A stretch of DNA of 64,000 nucleotides from Balanoglossus misakiensis (lineage: Eukaryota > Animalia > Hemichordata): positions 1,622,901 to 1,686,900 of the forward strand of contig CM082593.2 in assembly GCA_040954595.2 (NCBI GenBank). Direction: 5' to 3'. Made by a program: the position numbers and the translations under genes. Of the stretch, positions 14,801 through 27,264 are shown one piece after another (the stretch's first letter is position 1; the number at the start of each line of letters is the position of its first letter). The notes under the pieces were generated by a model. It did no database searches and was not told the DNA's origin. It worked only from the letters and a program-made list of their open reading frames with translations.

Positions 14801-17800
14801 CAATTATTAGCGTTTGGATCTAGGGTAATAAACTATGTGAGATTAAACTACTGCTTCCATTAACTGCTTTTGCATTCGTTTCAACTGTTGTACACTCAAA
14901 GTGGTACCTCACGGCTAACATGAGGCGCTTTGAGAAGGGAATCATGGGAGAATATCTCTAAAATAATGATACAAGCTGAAAATGTTTCCTTTGGCCATTT
15001 TTCTCTCACATTTTTTCACATTGAAAGCATTAACAGATCTATATAATCCAACTAAATACTGATATGATGATTTCTTATCATCACAATATATTTTTTTAAA
15101 TCAATCTCTGAGCAATTTTGCCAAAATTACAGTGTATTTAGCAACAGGCCTCATCTATGTTTCAACTGCTCATCCTTCTCTCAGCTCTGCATGTTGCCAA
15201 GAAAACAGATTATAATACGATTCTGTTGCAAGCGAACCAGCATTAGGATATAATTTACAATACACGGCGCATCAGTCAATCACTGGCACCATCAATACAT
15301 CAATTAAAACTCTGCCAATGGTGACAACGGTGTGAAAAGCATCGCAGGTCCACCAATGCCCAGAATCAAACAAGGTCATTCTCACACATAATAGACAAGT
15401 GTGAACAGATCTTTAATGTGTATGGCTCAATTTAACTCAATCAGGTTGTAGCTTAGCAAAACAGTGAACTGTGAACACATAAATAACATCCAGGCGCTGG
15501 ATGAAAAGACAGATGATGAACCATGGCATATGACTTCGTATTGAAATTGTGACAATCAGTGATTGAGCATATAATTCTACAAACAGAACAGCACGATAAA
15601 TAAGCTATCAAAAGAATCAGAAACACCCCCAAAAATGCCAAACACGAGCGACTTTGTCCTTTTAATTCTGTTAATTTGCGTGGGTAGTTTGAAAACTAAG
15701 TGCTGGGTACAAAAAGAATTCTCTACAATTCCTGAAAACGTGTCACAGTTTCAAAAAGTTGTGCGTATTCACAGGGCACCACCAGAACAACTCTTGCTAC
15801 GTCAACGCCAAGCGATTGAATATCTAATATCGCCATAATATAACAGCGCTGTGTACAAATCCTGGAAAAATGTCATCACAGATCCAATCCACTTTCCAGC
15901 CCTAAGTAGGCTTTCTGCTACCCTCAAGACTGGGGATTTGTGTTTGCTCAGAAAAAAAATTCTGCATTAATACAAAAAGCACTCCAGAAATATAGCGAAC
16001 CCTTTTGACATTTACTACACAAACAGTACAAAAATACTACTTGGGCAGATGAATTTAAATTCCCAGTTTGTGGCCGTAGGTAATTCGCTGCTGACATTTC
16101 TCATGTATATTGCATTATTATGGCTAGTTATAACTCCTTTGATATTACCCCTACACAAAATCCCCCGACTCTCTGCCTTATTAAAAGATACACACAGAGT
16201 GACAGCTCATCTGGAGAATATGGCTTTCTTAAGGTCACATGGCTACCTAGCTCAGAGTGCAAAATGCCTCCATCATCAACACTCACATGAGTCAGTTTCA
16301 AGAACTAATAGCATATGCCAATGTGACATTTTCCGCTGACCTGGTTCATGCGTGCGAAGATGACAGAAAAAAATAAATAAAATTCAATCGTCTACACTGA
16401 CTACAGGCGTCTTTGGCTTACAAATATCGCATCTTTTGTGGGCAAAAATGTTCCTGAGAAGGATTTAAATTTCTTTGCCGGGCTTAAACAGTTCTCTAAG
16501 GCTGACATTCCCATACATTTGCTAATTTCAATTTTGATCACACCTTTATGAAATATCCTCTGTGCTTGTCCATTAATCCCAATTTTGCTGTTTTTGTGAT
16601 GTTTACGAAATCACTTGTTTACTTGATTACCCATGATGCAGGGCGTTTCCGGTGCATGAGCCCATTCGTCACACTTTTTAATTCTCATCACTGACAAAAA
16701 AAGCCTACCTTTACTTTGCTTCTAGCCGCAGTTAATAAAATAGGCCGACATCAGAATAAAATGTGGTTTGCTGACTACTGCAGGGTTCTATGGAAAAAAG
16801 AAACAGAATACGTTGCATGATATTCATATCTACATAATACAGCATGTGAGTTGAGTCATAAAAACATATTTTTATCGTAAATAAATAATTTAGAGAAAAC
16901 AAAAATGTCAAAAGTGGGTGACAGACCAGCTTACAGTGGTTGAAATTGTAAACACAACCACACTTTCTCTTATGTTTCGTTGGTGGTGCTGTTATCATTC
17001 GTGTCCTCAAGAAAAGTGCTTAATTGCTTAGTAGCGTGTCATGAAGGTCGGAATTGATGAAGAATGTTTGTAAGAGGGCAGGAAGATTCAACCAAAAAAC
17101 CTCAATGCATATTGAACCAGAACATGCAGAAGAAACTTCTGAGAATTTGATGAATGATCTGACAAAAAAGTCCAATCCAAGAACTAAACGAAAATTGATA
17201 TAAATGCCCCAATACTGTCTAGTTGGTGTAATTTATAGCATGCATTAAAAACATCGCAAAGATTAAAGTTAACATGTGAATATGCCCTCTGCTCATAAAT
17301 CCCATTAGAATTTCGCAGAAGAGACAATTTAATGTATTCGTCTTTGACACGAGTATGACAAGGAAACAATTTGGCCATGCAAGGATTTATTCAACCAATC
17401 TCAGCTGATTAAGTTTTATATTACTCAACAACAGAATATTATGAAATTATGATTATATTACCATCTTTAAAAATTTGAGACCCTGATCGTTTAAAATCAT
17501 AATGAAGACATAATCTTCTTGCTTGGTTTCATTATCATGTCTGCCTCCTCCCAGATTCCGTGCATACTTTCAATACTCCAGATAAAACAGAATTATAATC
17601 AGCAGACACAGTCATGCACTTTTGTAGAAAGACAAAATTGACAAGCATGCATCTACATCACGAAACCGTCCTTGTGGGGCGCTCCTATGATACTCAATCA
17701 CATCTTGTATTACAATCAAGTAGTGTCACGTCACACTCACTTGCATAATACAGTTTCATCACAAACAGTGCCATGCAGCCATGTTACAAATTGACTTCAA

Positions 17801-18605
17801 TTTGCACATTATAACAACTAACATTGAAACTTCACATTCATACCACCTCCATGTCCCTATACAACTGCAATAGTTATATGTGCATACTCTTGCAAATTTA
17901 AAATCACTTTTATTAGAATATAACCTTGTCATTTTTCGTGTATATTTCCTAATGTACAGTCCTGTACATTTCTGTCATGTTTCAATTTTTAAATCACTTT
18001 ACAAAAATATTCACATATATTTAATCTTTTGGCAAAAGAAATCAAAGAAATGATTATGACAGGTCGATAGTACACTTAATATTTTTGAACAAAAAGAAAG
18101 AGAGACATATTTTAAATTGAGAAACCTATAACATAATATGATATTTCAAGCAGTAATCATGTGTTTCAGACTGCCCAGAAGTATTAAGATGTCACTGTAG
18201 TGTGTTTGATTCAACCAAACTGTTATTAAAAAGAATAAATGCAGTCATCAATATTTTGATTTGAGGGAACTACCCACAATGCAGCAGGATCTCCCACGAC
18301 ACCTCTTAAATGCATTCCACTTATCATCACAACAGCGGTTTGGATGACACGTGACATCATGGGGTCAAGAGGTCACGCTCGTCTCCATACATCCCCGACT
18401 CGCATCTGAGTATGGATGATTTGCATCAATTCCTGGTCCGGATACGACAGGCCCTTATCCAATTATGCTGCACTTCATTTGCATCAGCTCAGATCGGTCT
18501 GTCTTTACGCATACCGACTATGCAAAGCTGGCTCGCTGGCATCAGAGCGACTGATTTGCAAATGGGGTCATCTTCATCAAAAAAAGTCTCTGTTATAGTT
18601 TGGCG

Positions 18606-18752
18606 TCATATTTCTGCCTGCCTGTCGGGGCCCGTCGTCTTCCTTAGTAACTCTGCAATGGATCTGCGGATCAGTATTTGATTCAATTCCTTGTAGACAT
18701 CATCCATCACAAGGAATTTATGCATTAATCGAAGTCTCGCGAACACGTTCAT
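18606..18752 (-). CDS. Candidate 48-aa small ORF (MNVFARLRLMHKFLVMDDVYKELNQILIRRSIAELLRKTTGPDRQAEI), or the terminal coding exon of an unresolved gene
   Basis: Follows an acceptor TTTTAATCTTATAG| (exon starts at 18758). Composition suggests an amphipathic helix. Downstream is an AT-rich 3'UTR-like region with AATAAA (minus strand) near 17909-17914. No homology recognised. Confidence 0.35.
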   Translation of the reverse strand: MNVFARLRLMHKFLVMDDVYKELNQILIRRSIAELLRKTTGPDRQAEI

Positions 18753-21700
18753 CAAATTCTATAAGATTAAAATTAATATGGTGTATTTTTTCAAAGTCTG
18801 CATGTCCACAGATGTATGGACATTTATTCCAAAATACCTGTGTTATATTTTTAACACATATACCCTAAGGGCAAACGAAGATATCATGATATTTTGATAT
18901 GCATGTTCAATAGCTGGGGTTACTAGATCATAACTGAAACTATCTGTCTCAAAACATTGCTGGAAAAATCTGATTTTTTTTTCCAGCATACTATGTACAT
19001 TTCTTCTGGTTCCACATGAAATAAAGCGCCCCCATGAGGCAGAGAGAAGGGTGAGTCATCTTGACCTCTCTGGGTATAGAGAATTATAATTACTATTTAA
19101 GTACTTATGGAACAGTAGTGAAATAAAAAAATAGACTCTCCTTAGATTTAGGAGGCACTCAATGTTAAATCCCTGTCAATCTACTGCAACTAGCATGTGC
19201 TCAAAATAAGCTACTGGTAAAAAAAGCCACCCATATACCACCAGGCACCAGCATTTTAAATCTCAATTTTTATGTATGAACGTCACATCATCAAACCAAG
19301 CAGCCCAGGCCAATTCATGTAATTTTCTGATGGAAGCAATTTGAACAACAAGTAATCAGCTTAACCACTGAGCCATCAGGAAGCAATCATTTTATTTATC
19401 GTTTTATGATTCGCTATAATTCCGTTACCATCTGTACTTAAATAAGCTTAAAAGTACAACTTCTGAATACCTCAAACTTTAAAGCCCCAAGGGCTGTATT
19501 TTCTATTTCGACAGACTATTCAATCTTACTTTTCCTGTCTCTAAACTGCATCCCCTGACCAATTGAAGGTGAAAACATCAGGCAAATTCAAATTATAACT
19601 GCCACATGAAAAGTATTCTCATCACTGCATGGCAGAATAACAAGCTGTTACTAAAAATAGTTTTTCTGAAAACAATAAACTTTCACGTATTAGCCAATGA
19701 ATGTCTTCTTTATCTCATTCCCCTGGCCAAAGATAAAAGTGTAATTTTTTCCCATATTTCAACATTCTTACTGCAAAGTCATTTTGCAATACACATTCAA
19801 TACGACAAATACTATATATCATTTAATTGTAACATTAATTAAAATGTGACCAGACTTAATGACGTCTGCAACAGACTGCAAATTTAATTCCAAGGACATG
19901 GATCTGACTTCAAATGACTGACAGAAAGACAGCTAACAATCACATTATCATTACAGTCAGAGAGATCTGCCAAAAAATTGGCCACAATCAGCACACAAAT
20001 TTTATTCAATCAACTGGTACTGACATTGACAAAGAAAGAAAAAGATAAAATCATAACAAAAATTTCTTTTCTTTGTGATAACATCTCTGACTGATAATCA
20101 GAGTCTTTGACCTGGTTAGGTTGCCTTAAATTCACTTCCTGTGAATGATCTGACAACATAAATTTCAAGGCTGCGCTTGTACGAAAAATCTCTGCGTAAC
20201 CTTCACGACAAAGACATCAGACTTGTCACAAATCGTACACTCTGTGCCATTAACGGAGTTTAACTAAGCAGGTCACTGTCTGCTCTTCCTGGCTTTGTCG
20301 CTCAGCAACAAACCTATCTTCTCTGTTTTACGAAATCAATCAATTTTTGCGATGTAATCCGCTAATTTTGCCGAGCCGAGACTAATTTTGACGTCGTGAC
20401 GTGAATTAAAAAGCGACTGCCAAACGACACTGCAGGATGTGTTTCCACTGTCAGTGGACAAAGAAACACGACAGCCAATAGTCTCATTTGCATTGACCTC
20501 ACAAAGGTCAGCCAGGCAGACTAAAAAGATATCGCCTAGGGGTGCTAACTCGCAAAAGCTATTGTCATATTTTCATCCTATTACTGCAATGCTGTAATGG
20601 ACCTATATACTCTCTCCTATTAACGCTGCAGCTAGCCTCATTCCTGTCACTATACATTTTCGTTGACAATATTTATTTCACTACACAAAACTGTAATACA
20701 ATTAACATCAAAATAACTTCACGGATATGATCTGTATCATATCATCCCTTGATCACATATCAGTCTCCTACACGAAATTGGCTAAGTTACAGCAATGTAC
20801 TACTACTAGTAAAACATGTGAACAGTTAGAAAATGCATCTTGAAGAAATTGACTCCTCTGGATTGTATGTTTCTAATTTCTTCCAGAGATTAGAAGCTGC
20901 ATGATTTTTGGTATGACTTCCAAATGGCCAGAACCCTGCATAGTTGCACAGCTTGAGATAAATTCTTAAAATGTCCAAAAGCATGTGCTAGTTCAATAAT
21001 ATGCTGATGTTGTATTACACTAGGTTTCTATGGTATATACACATCAGCTTCTTTATTTCATTACAATTTTTCATGTTTCCCTGATTTTTTATATCACAGG
21101 GCCTCATCGTCAAAGTGTAAAAAAGTAAGAAAAAACTGCTGAGTCACCATTTTTTCACCAATGGGTGAATTACATAATAAAGTGAAACAAACACTGTTGT
21201 CATAACAACTCTGCTTGTGTGTGTACATGTATGTGTCAAGGGTGATAGCAGTAAGTGCTTTCATTGTTTATGGTTATGTAAGAATAATTACACAGCAAAA
21301 ACAGGGTAACTTCTTCTACAAGTACATGGACAAACCAGTGAATAAAGCATTACATTCACCAATATATGAGCTTTCTACAGCAGAAATATATTGACTTGTT
21401 TACATGCAAGTTGTAACTCATCACATGTGAAATCTTGCTTAGCAATGAACCAGGCAAGTCAGGTCACAGAGGTGTTTTTTAATGTTTGTTACCCCCCTGA
21501 CGAAAGTCCGGTTTGGGAAAAAACATCGAAAAAAGTGGGTGACGGGTTATTTTCGTTAATTATAGTTTTTCAATGCAGCGCCAGTGTTGTATATTACACT
21601 GCCGCCGCCGGCCATAATTGGTGAGGCAGAAGAAAGCAGTGATTAGCATAATTAACAGACAGACGGAAAATGCAATGAAATGTACACAGTACGTTAATGG

Positions 21701-22029
21701 CCAGTCAGTTAGGCACACTGGGTCAACTGAAATGGACATGCTTTGCAATGTGTGAAGGCATCTCGTTTTTACACACAAAATAAGTATCTGTTCAGGGACC
21801 TGTTTGAAATCAAAATGTTTCATAATAAAAGCAGCGTCTCGTCTCGACAGAGATTTTTGTGAGCTGACCGACAGCTCGTTCTCGCGGGCAGTGTATCATG
21901 CGTGCTGGTGCTGTGTACATATATGTGTGCAATCGAGTAGTCGGAGATGTGAAAAAGGAAAACCCCGCGCGTTGGAAATTACACGGCGCCGTAATATCGA
22001 CTGCATATTATAGAAATTACAGAACTCAC

Positions 22030-22255
22030 CTGTCCATTCACAGTCGTTGGTCACTTATCTGTCACCAGAAATCACGATATCGGACAAATTATCAGCCACA
22101 GTTTTGCCTTGACCTCGTCTGTCGCCTGTCAGTAATTTTGTTATTAACCTAGGGTAACATCTACATTGGTTCTTATATCCAATCAGAGTGGGCCTTATGC
22201 CTGAACTGAGCGGCTGCTTCCCCAAGCGCGCGAAAAACGAATTTTGATTGGGAGA
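22030..22255 (-). promoter_or_regulatory. Putative Pol II promoter and first exon of a leftward transcript
   Basis: CCAAT boxes at 22179-22183 and about 22246-22251, a TATA-like TATAAG (minus strand) at about 22172-22177, local CpG enrichment, and a perfect donor CAG|GTGAGT at 22030/22029. Confidence 0.45.
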
Positions 22256-22668
22256 AAGTTTCATTGAAAATTGGGAATAGGCCTATTTATTTTAGAGAAA
22301 TTACCGTTCATGAACTCATAACCGGGCTCATAATCTTCAGACTGAAAGTTCAAAAATATCACTTACTAGCAAGAATTCTACCGTTCGCATAGGCTCCTCA
22401 TCAGATTAAACTTCAACATCAAACGATTTTGACAGCTTTTTTCGGTCATTGAAACATAGACCGAACCGGTTATATAGCTATCGTTTCCCGAAACGATTTC
22501 AACACTAATAAATCGGATAAACTATTCCTATAAGCGGGTCACAAACAAGCTTGCTCACAGCACAAAATAGAGTGGCTAATACGTAAACACGTTTGTCGTG
22601 AGTTGAATATCAACTGCTTGAAGAACACGAAGCAAAAGAGGGCGCTGACCGACATGTATGTGTCAGAA

Positions 22669-22805
<137 letters not shown>

Positions 22806-23348
22806 TGCTATATGCTAGGAGAGGATGTAAGGTCGATGTACAACAGCCTGAGGATTTCACTTGAGTGATAATAATTTTTATTCTAGTATAAAGACATCGT
22901 CAAGTGCAGTTCATCAAGTACAAGTAACAGAACCTTACAATGTTGATATAATAATATCTCAGTGTTTATAATAAAGTTCATATGTGGAAGTTGAACTCAG
23001 AGCGTATACAACTTACGCTGTGTCAATGAAACTTACAAAAAAGATAATACAAAGTCATTGATTATTGACAAAGGGGGAATATCGGGAGCCCCAGTAACAA
23101 GTATAAAATTATTTAACCGAAAAGAGAATCTATCGTCTCCAAGAACGAATGTCTTTTGCATTTGGAAAATTTTCAAGTCCTATTTTCCTCCCCAACAGAA
23201 TACAAAAGTCAACCGACAATTCCACTTCAACTTTACAAAGTGGGCGACGAAGGGTTTCTAACTTTCAACTCATGCTGGCGTCATCATTTTTGATATAGCT
23301 AAGGCCTCCATCTAAAATAACCGAAATCGTGTCAAAAGTGAGCGACTT

Positions 23349-24701
23349 TCACTCTTTAACAGGTTTTGTGCTATTCCCCCGTCTTAAGGCTGCCGGAGCG
23401 GGGAAATTGTCGTAGAACTGATTAAAGGAACGGTCTGTGACCCAGCTCGGTAGCACTCGGTGCATGAACGCCATCATGATAGTGTCCTTGAAATCACCAA
23501 CCAGGTAACGGTGTTTTGGTTCACGTGCCGTTATTGCATCAACCATGGCGTCTATAACCGGCGTGTTGTCGGCTATGGTGGTTTTCACCTGGTCACATAG
23601 GAATCTGTAATGGGCATCGTAGTATTCTTTCCCATAATCCTTCTTGCATTCGTCTGTCATGCCGTCCCATAATTTCTCGGAAAGTGCCTTGAAGAGGTCG
23701 GGGACGTTGTGAGAGATGTTGGTTGATCTGGCATAGTATCCTGGCTCGATCATCGACACCTGCAGAATTCGATGAAAATGGACTCGATGGGAGTAAATAT
23801 GTATGCGCAATAGTAATGAAGTCCAAACGACAAGTATATACCAACACACTTTTTTACCTTCACACTCCAGGGATACATCTCATTACGAAGAGCATCACTC
23901 ATGCTTTCGGCGGCATATTTGGTCATACAGTACATGGCACTGGCTGGCGGAGTCCACAGGCCAGCTTGGCTGGTAACGTTGACGACACGACCTGAGTGAA
24001 GAAAGGATATTTGTGAATAATTAATCGTTTCTGTTTGCTCTTGTATTCAATATGGCTCGTCGGTGTCTATGGTAACCGTTCTTTGGCCTTCAATAAAGGA
24101 ATGATAAAATGCAAATAAGGCAATTACCTTTAGCCCTCCGGACCAGAGGCAAGAAAGCCTGTGTAACCCTGACAACCCCATAAACGTTGACTTCAGCCAA
24201 CTGTTTGAAAGTTTCAATTTTGCACCATTCTACTTCACCCCATGTCCAGATTCCGGCGTTGTTGACCACCGCCCATATACCTGGAAGATTCAAGCAATTT
24301 CAAACATCAGATTATGCAACGCACGACCAGATGCCATAAAAATACTACATGTTCTCCGTCTCCCCTCTCTCTCCTTCTCTTCGTTCTACTTATTACATAT
24401 TACATAATCGTGGACGTGTGACCCACCATCCTCCAGCTTCAGCAAATGTTCTTCGACAACCTTCCTGGCAATTCGCACAGATTCGTCATTGGTGACGTCA
24501 ACCTCGACGATATACAGTCTTTCTGAACAGTCCTTCACAAGTGATTTCGCACCTTCTCCGTCTGTAGAACAAGGTGAAACTCTCTCAGTTTCTTTACATG
24601 TATACATGTACAGAGAACACGGCGATGAATTGCACTTCCGACGTTGCTATGACAATACCCCACATGTTATTTATTCAATATGGTGGTCGCTGAAAATGAT
24701 G

Positions 24702-24746
<45 letters not shown>

Positions 24747-25101
24747 CGATGATGAACACTATAACCAATATGAGTGTAAAATATTAATTTTCTGCAGTTT
24801 ACTGACCTCCATGGAGACACCCGGCAAAAACTTGCATCCCGAGCGAATCCAACCGTTTCGCCAGCTTGTGCCCAAAGCCTGTATCACAGCCAGATATGAA
24901 AACGGATTTTCCTACCACTGATACCCTCTTCTTTGGAAGGAGACAAAGAATGGTCAAACTGATCGCCAAAACTCCCACCAGCAAACAGACCCTATCAAAG
25001 CCCGGGTCTGAAGATAATCGCAGAGGCAAATCCCGAAAACAAATTATTCCTACAACAGCGCTAGCAACAAGGAACACTAAAATTTTCTTCATTGTTGCCA
25101 T
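23349..25101 (-). CDS. Short-chain dehydrogenase/reductase, SDR9C type (retinol dehydrogenase / HSD17B6 / BDH1-like), about 375 aa, 5 exons
   Basis: Exons 25101-24807, 24561-24427, 24280-24128, 23991-23858 and 23759-23349; all introns GT-AG and in phase. Motifs: hydrophobic N-terminal anchor, SGCDTGFG nucleotide-binding motif, [14 protein letters not shown], catalytic YCMTK (YxxxK), IEPG, YG..Y and P..RY.VG. AATAAA (minus strand) at 22877-22882. Confidence 0.93.
24702..24746. repeat. (TCA)n trinucleotide microsatellite in SDR intron 1
   Basis: About 15 perfect TCA units. Confidence 0.95.
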
Positions 25102-25714
25102 GTTTGTGTTCTCAAAGCCCGAGCTCGGTCTTCAGAATGTAGACAACTACATCAAGTGTCTGTGTAGATATACCAGTTTTCTGACACGTCACAACAATAT
25201 GTGCACGCATGAGCCAGCCCAGAACCCAAACGACGTCACTGAGCTGGGGTCAAATCGTGCATCAGATGGTGTGTGACGAACACGTGGGGGAAAATAGACA
25301 ACAAATGTCATTACATAAAGGCAAGCTGTGCACAAAAGGCGAATATAAGCCTCCTGATATGAATGGACTGGTTTCCGAATTATCTGCTGTGCTACACAAA
25401 TAGAGTTGGTGCTGAGGTTAAATCAGTTTGGAACAGCACAAACTTAACAATATATATAGTAGTCCGAAAAATATAAAATTGTAAGGTGAGGGTCGTCTGA
25501 ACTGCACATGTGCGACTTTTTATCATACTGCCATCAGCGATTGCTTTTGGATGCTGCTTGTTGACTCTTTATTATATTGATAAGGAAGTCAGACATTATC
25601 AACATTTTCAGCGAAACTTTATTAAAAACACGATCCTACACTTATCTCATCATAAAAAAAGAGTACAAGAAAAATAAATTCACTCGCTCTCGCAAATGAG
25701 CTTGAAACCATCTA

Positions 25715-27264
25715 CTACATACGAGTTGCGTTTGTACAGATACCTTGACATATCGACGTGAAAACCCAGTACTCAGCGTTTTGCGTTTCGAGCCCAAGTG
25801 AAACGAATAAGGTGAGAACGGAGAAGACAACGATCAGAATGACGTTACTGTTAACACGCCCGAGATGTTTGATCATAAGGAAGACTGACCAATACTTCTC
25901 GTCTGTCTGTTCTCGTTCGACGTTGGCCAAGAACTTCTGCCATACATACTGGATATTCAACCCTCCAATGGCAAATAATGGTAGTGCCAAGAACATGAAG
26001 ATTTGGAACCATATCAGATAGTTAATAAGGTGAGCTCTCACTAAACGACAGTTCGCCGGAAAAGTGAAATAGTTCCAGTATATATGACAGGAGGTCTTGA
26101 AAGTAACCATCGACATCTGGAAAATCATTAAATTCGATACCAGCTGATTAATTCTAGTAAACTCTAAGTAGGATTCATACAGGCGTTTACGACTCAGTGC
26201 AATATTGTTCTTGTTCTTATTCAGGAAAGGAATGAGGTGTCTGAGGTCGGTTTGGAGCGCTTTGCGAAGAAGAAAGACAAGACACCAAAAACTGCAGAAA
26301 AGAATACATTCCACTATTTCACAAATGTAGGAAAGCAAGCTCCAGGGGTCAATGTGTTCACAATCTTCGGATTTTATCAAAGGATATAATTCATAAGCAG
26401 ACAATATAATGATATCAAAGGCGGGAAACAAGAGGAAAATATATCCGCAGCGTTTGTGTTTGAAGAGGTCCACACGGCCGAGTAACCCCAAGACGTTCTC
26501 GCCGGAGAGGGCATACACCCCGCGTGTCGCCGTGGCTTTCAACGGTGAGCAGTACGCCACCAGGCGGAGGACAACAATCGCCAATGTGATGCTGTAATGC
26601 GTTACGTAGGACAGCATGAAGAGAACGAATCGTCTGTCGGAAAAGAACGTGTAGATTTTCTGTACCATGGTGGCGCCATACAGTGTTATCAGGGCTCCAA
26701 GCCAGACTTTGACGGCACAGTCTTGATGGCAACTTGGCGATCTTATATCTGAAAGAAAGAAAAAAAATCATGAATTTGAACTGGTACCAATCCCTGTAGG
26801 TTTTTATATACGTGCTCTGCCTGTGAAAATGCAGGTATGCAGTCTGCCATTCTACGACTCCAGTCCCTAAAGGAGTCTATAGTTTAGGTTTTTTTATTGG
26901 AGAACTAGACATTAAAATCCACAGTAAGACCTTGATGGGTGGATGGATGAATGGATGGATGGATAAACACCTCACCTTTACTACTTCCTTGTCGATTCAA
27001 ATGCTGACAGACTCGACAGTTAGTGGCACGTACGGCACCATAAGATCCCACGTTTTCTTCAACATCCACGGATCCATTCTGTCCGGCGAGCAAACCCTGG
27101 AATTCTTCGCTCCGTTCTGTATCGCCTTGAAACTGTGCCGACGGTTCATCGCTCGCACTGTGATTAGCGCAGGTGCGGTAGGAAGAGTACGTGACGTAAC
27201 CAAGCAGAGACAGGTAGAATCTCACTACACATGGCCAATTATTCTTGTCACTGTCTGACTCCAT
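25715..27264 (-). CDS. Uncharacterised multi-pass membrane protein, about 440 aa, 2 exons; 7-TM architecture resembling gustatory receptor-like / 7TM ion channel (7TMIC) proteins
   Basis: Exon 1 27264-26976 (donor G|GTGAGG) joins in phase 1 to exon 2 26748-25715 (acceptor TTTCTTTCAG|). Seven hydrophobic segments plus an N-terminal LSLLG segment. AATAAA (minus strand) at 25618-25623. The gene model is solid; the family assignment is inference. Confidence 0.8.
26935..26963. repeat. Short imperfect (GGAT)n tetranucleotide repeat in an intron
   Basis: gatgggtggatggatgaatggatggatgga. Confidence 0.8.

Noticed and set aside
18315-18365. Possible SECIS (ATGA...AAA...TGA) on the minus strand
   Set aside because: The spacing and the non-Watson-Crick quartet/helix II pairing do not fit the consensus by eye.
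24489-24752. Poly-Ser ORF on the + strand
   Set aside because: Antisense to SDR exon 2 plus the (TCA)n repeat.
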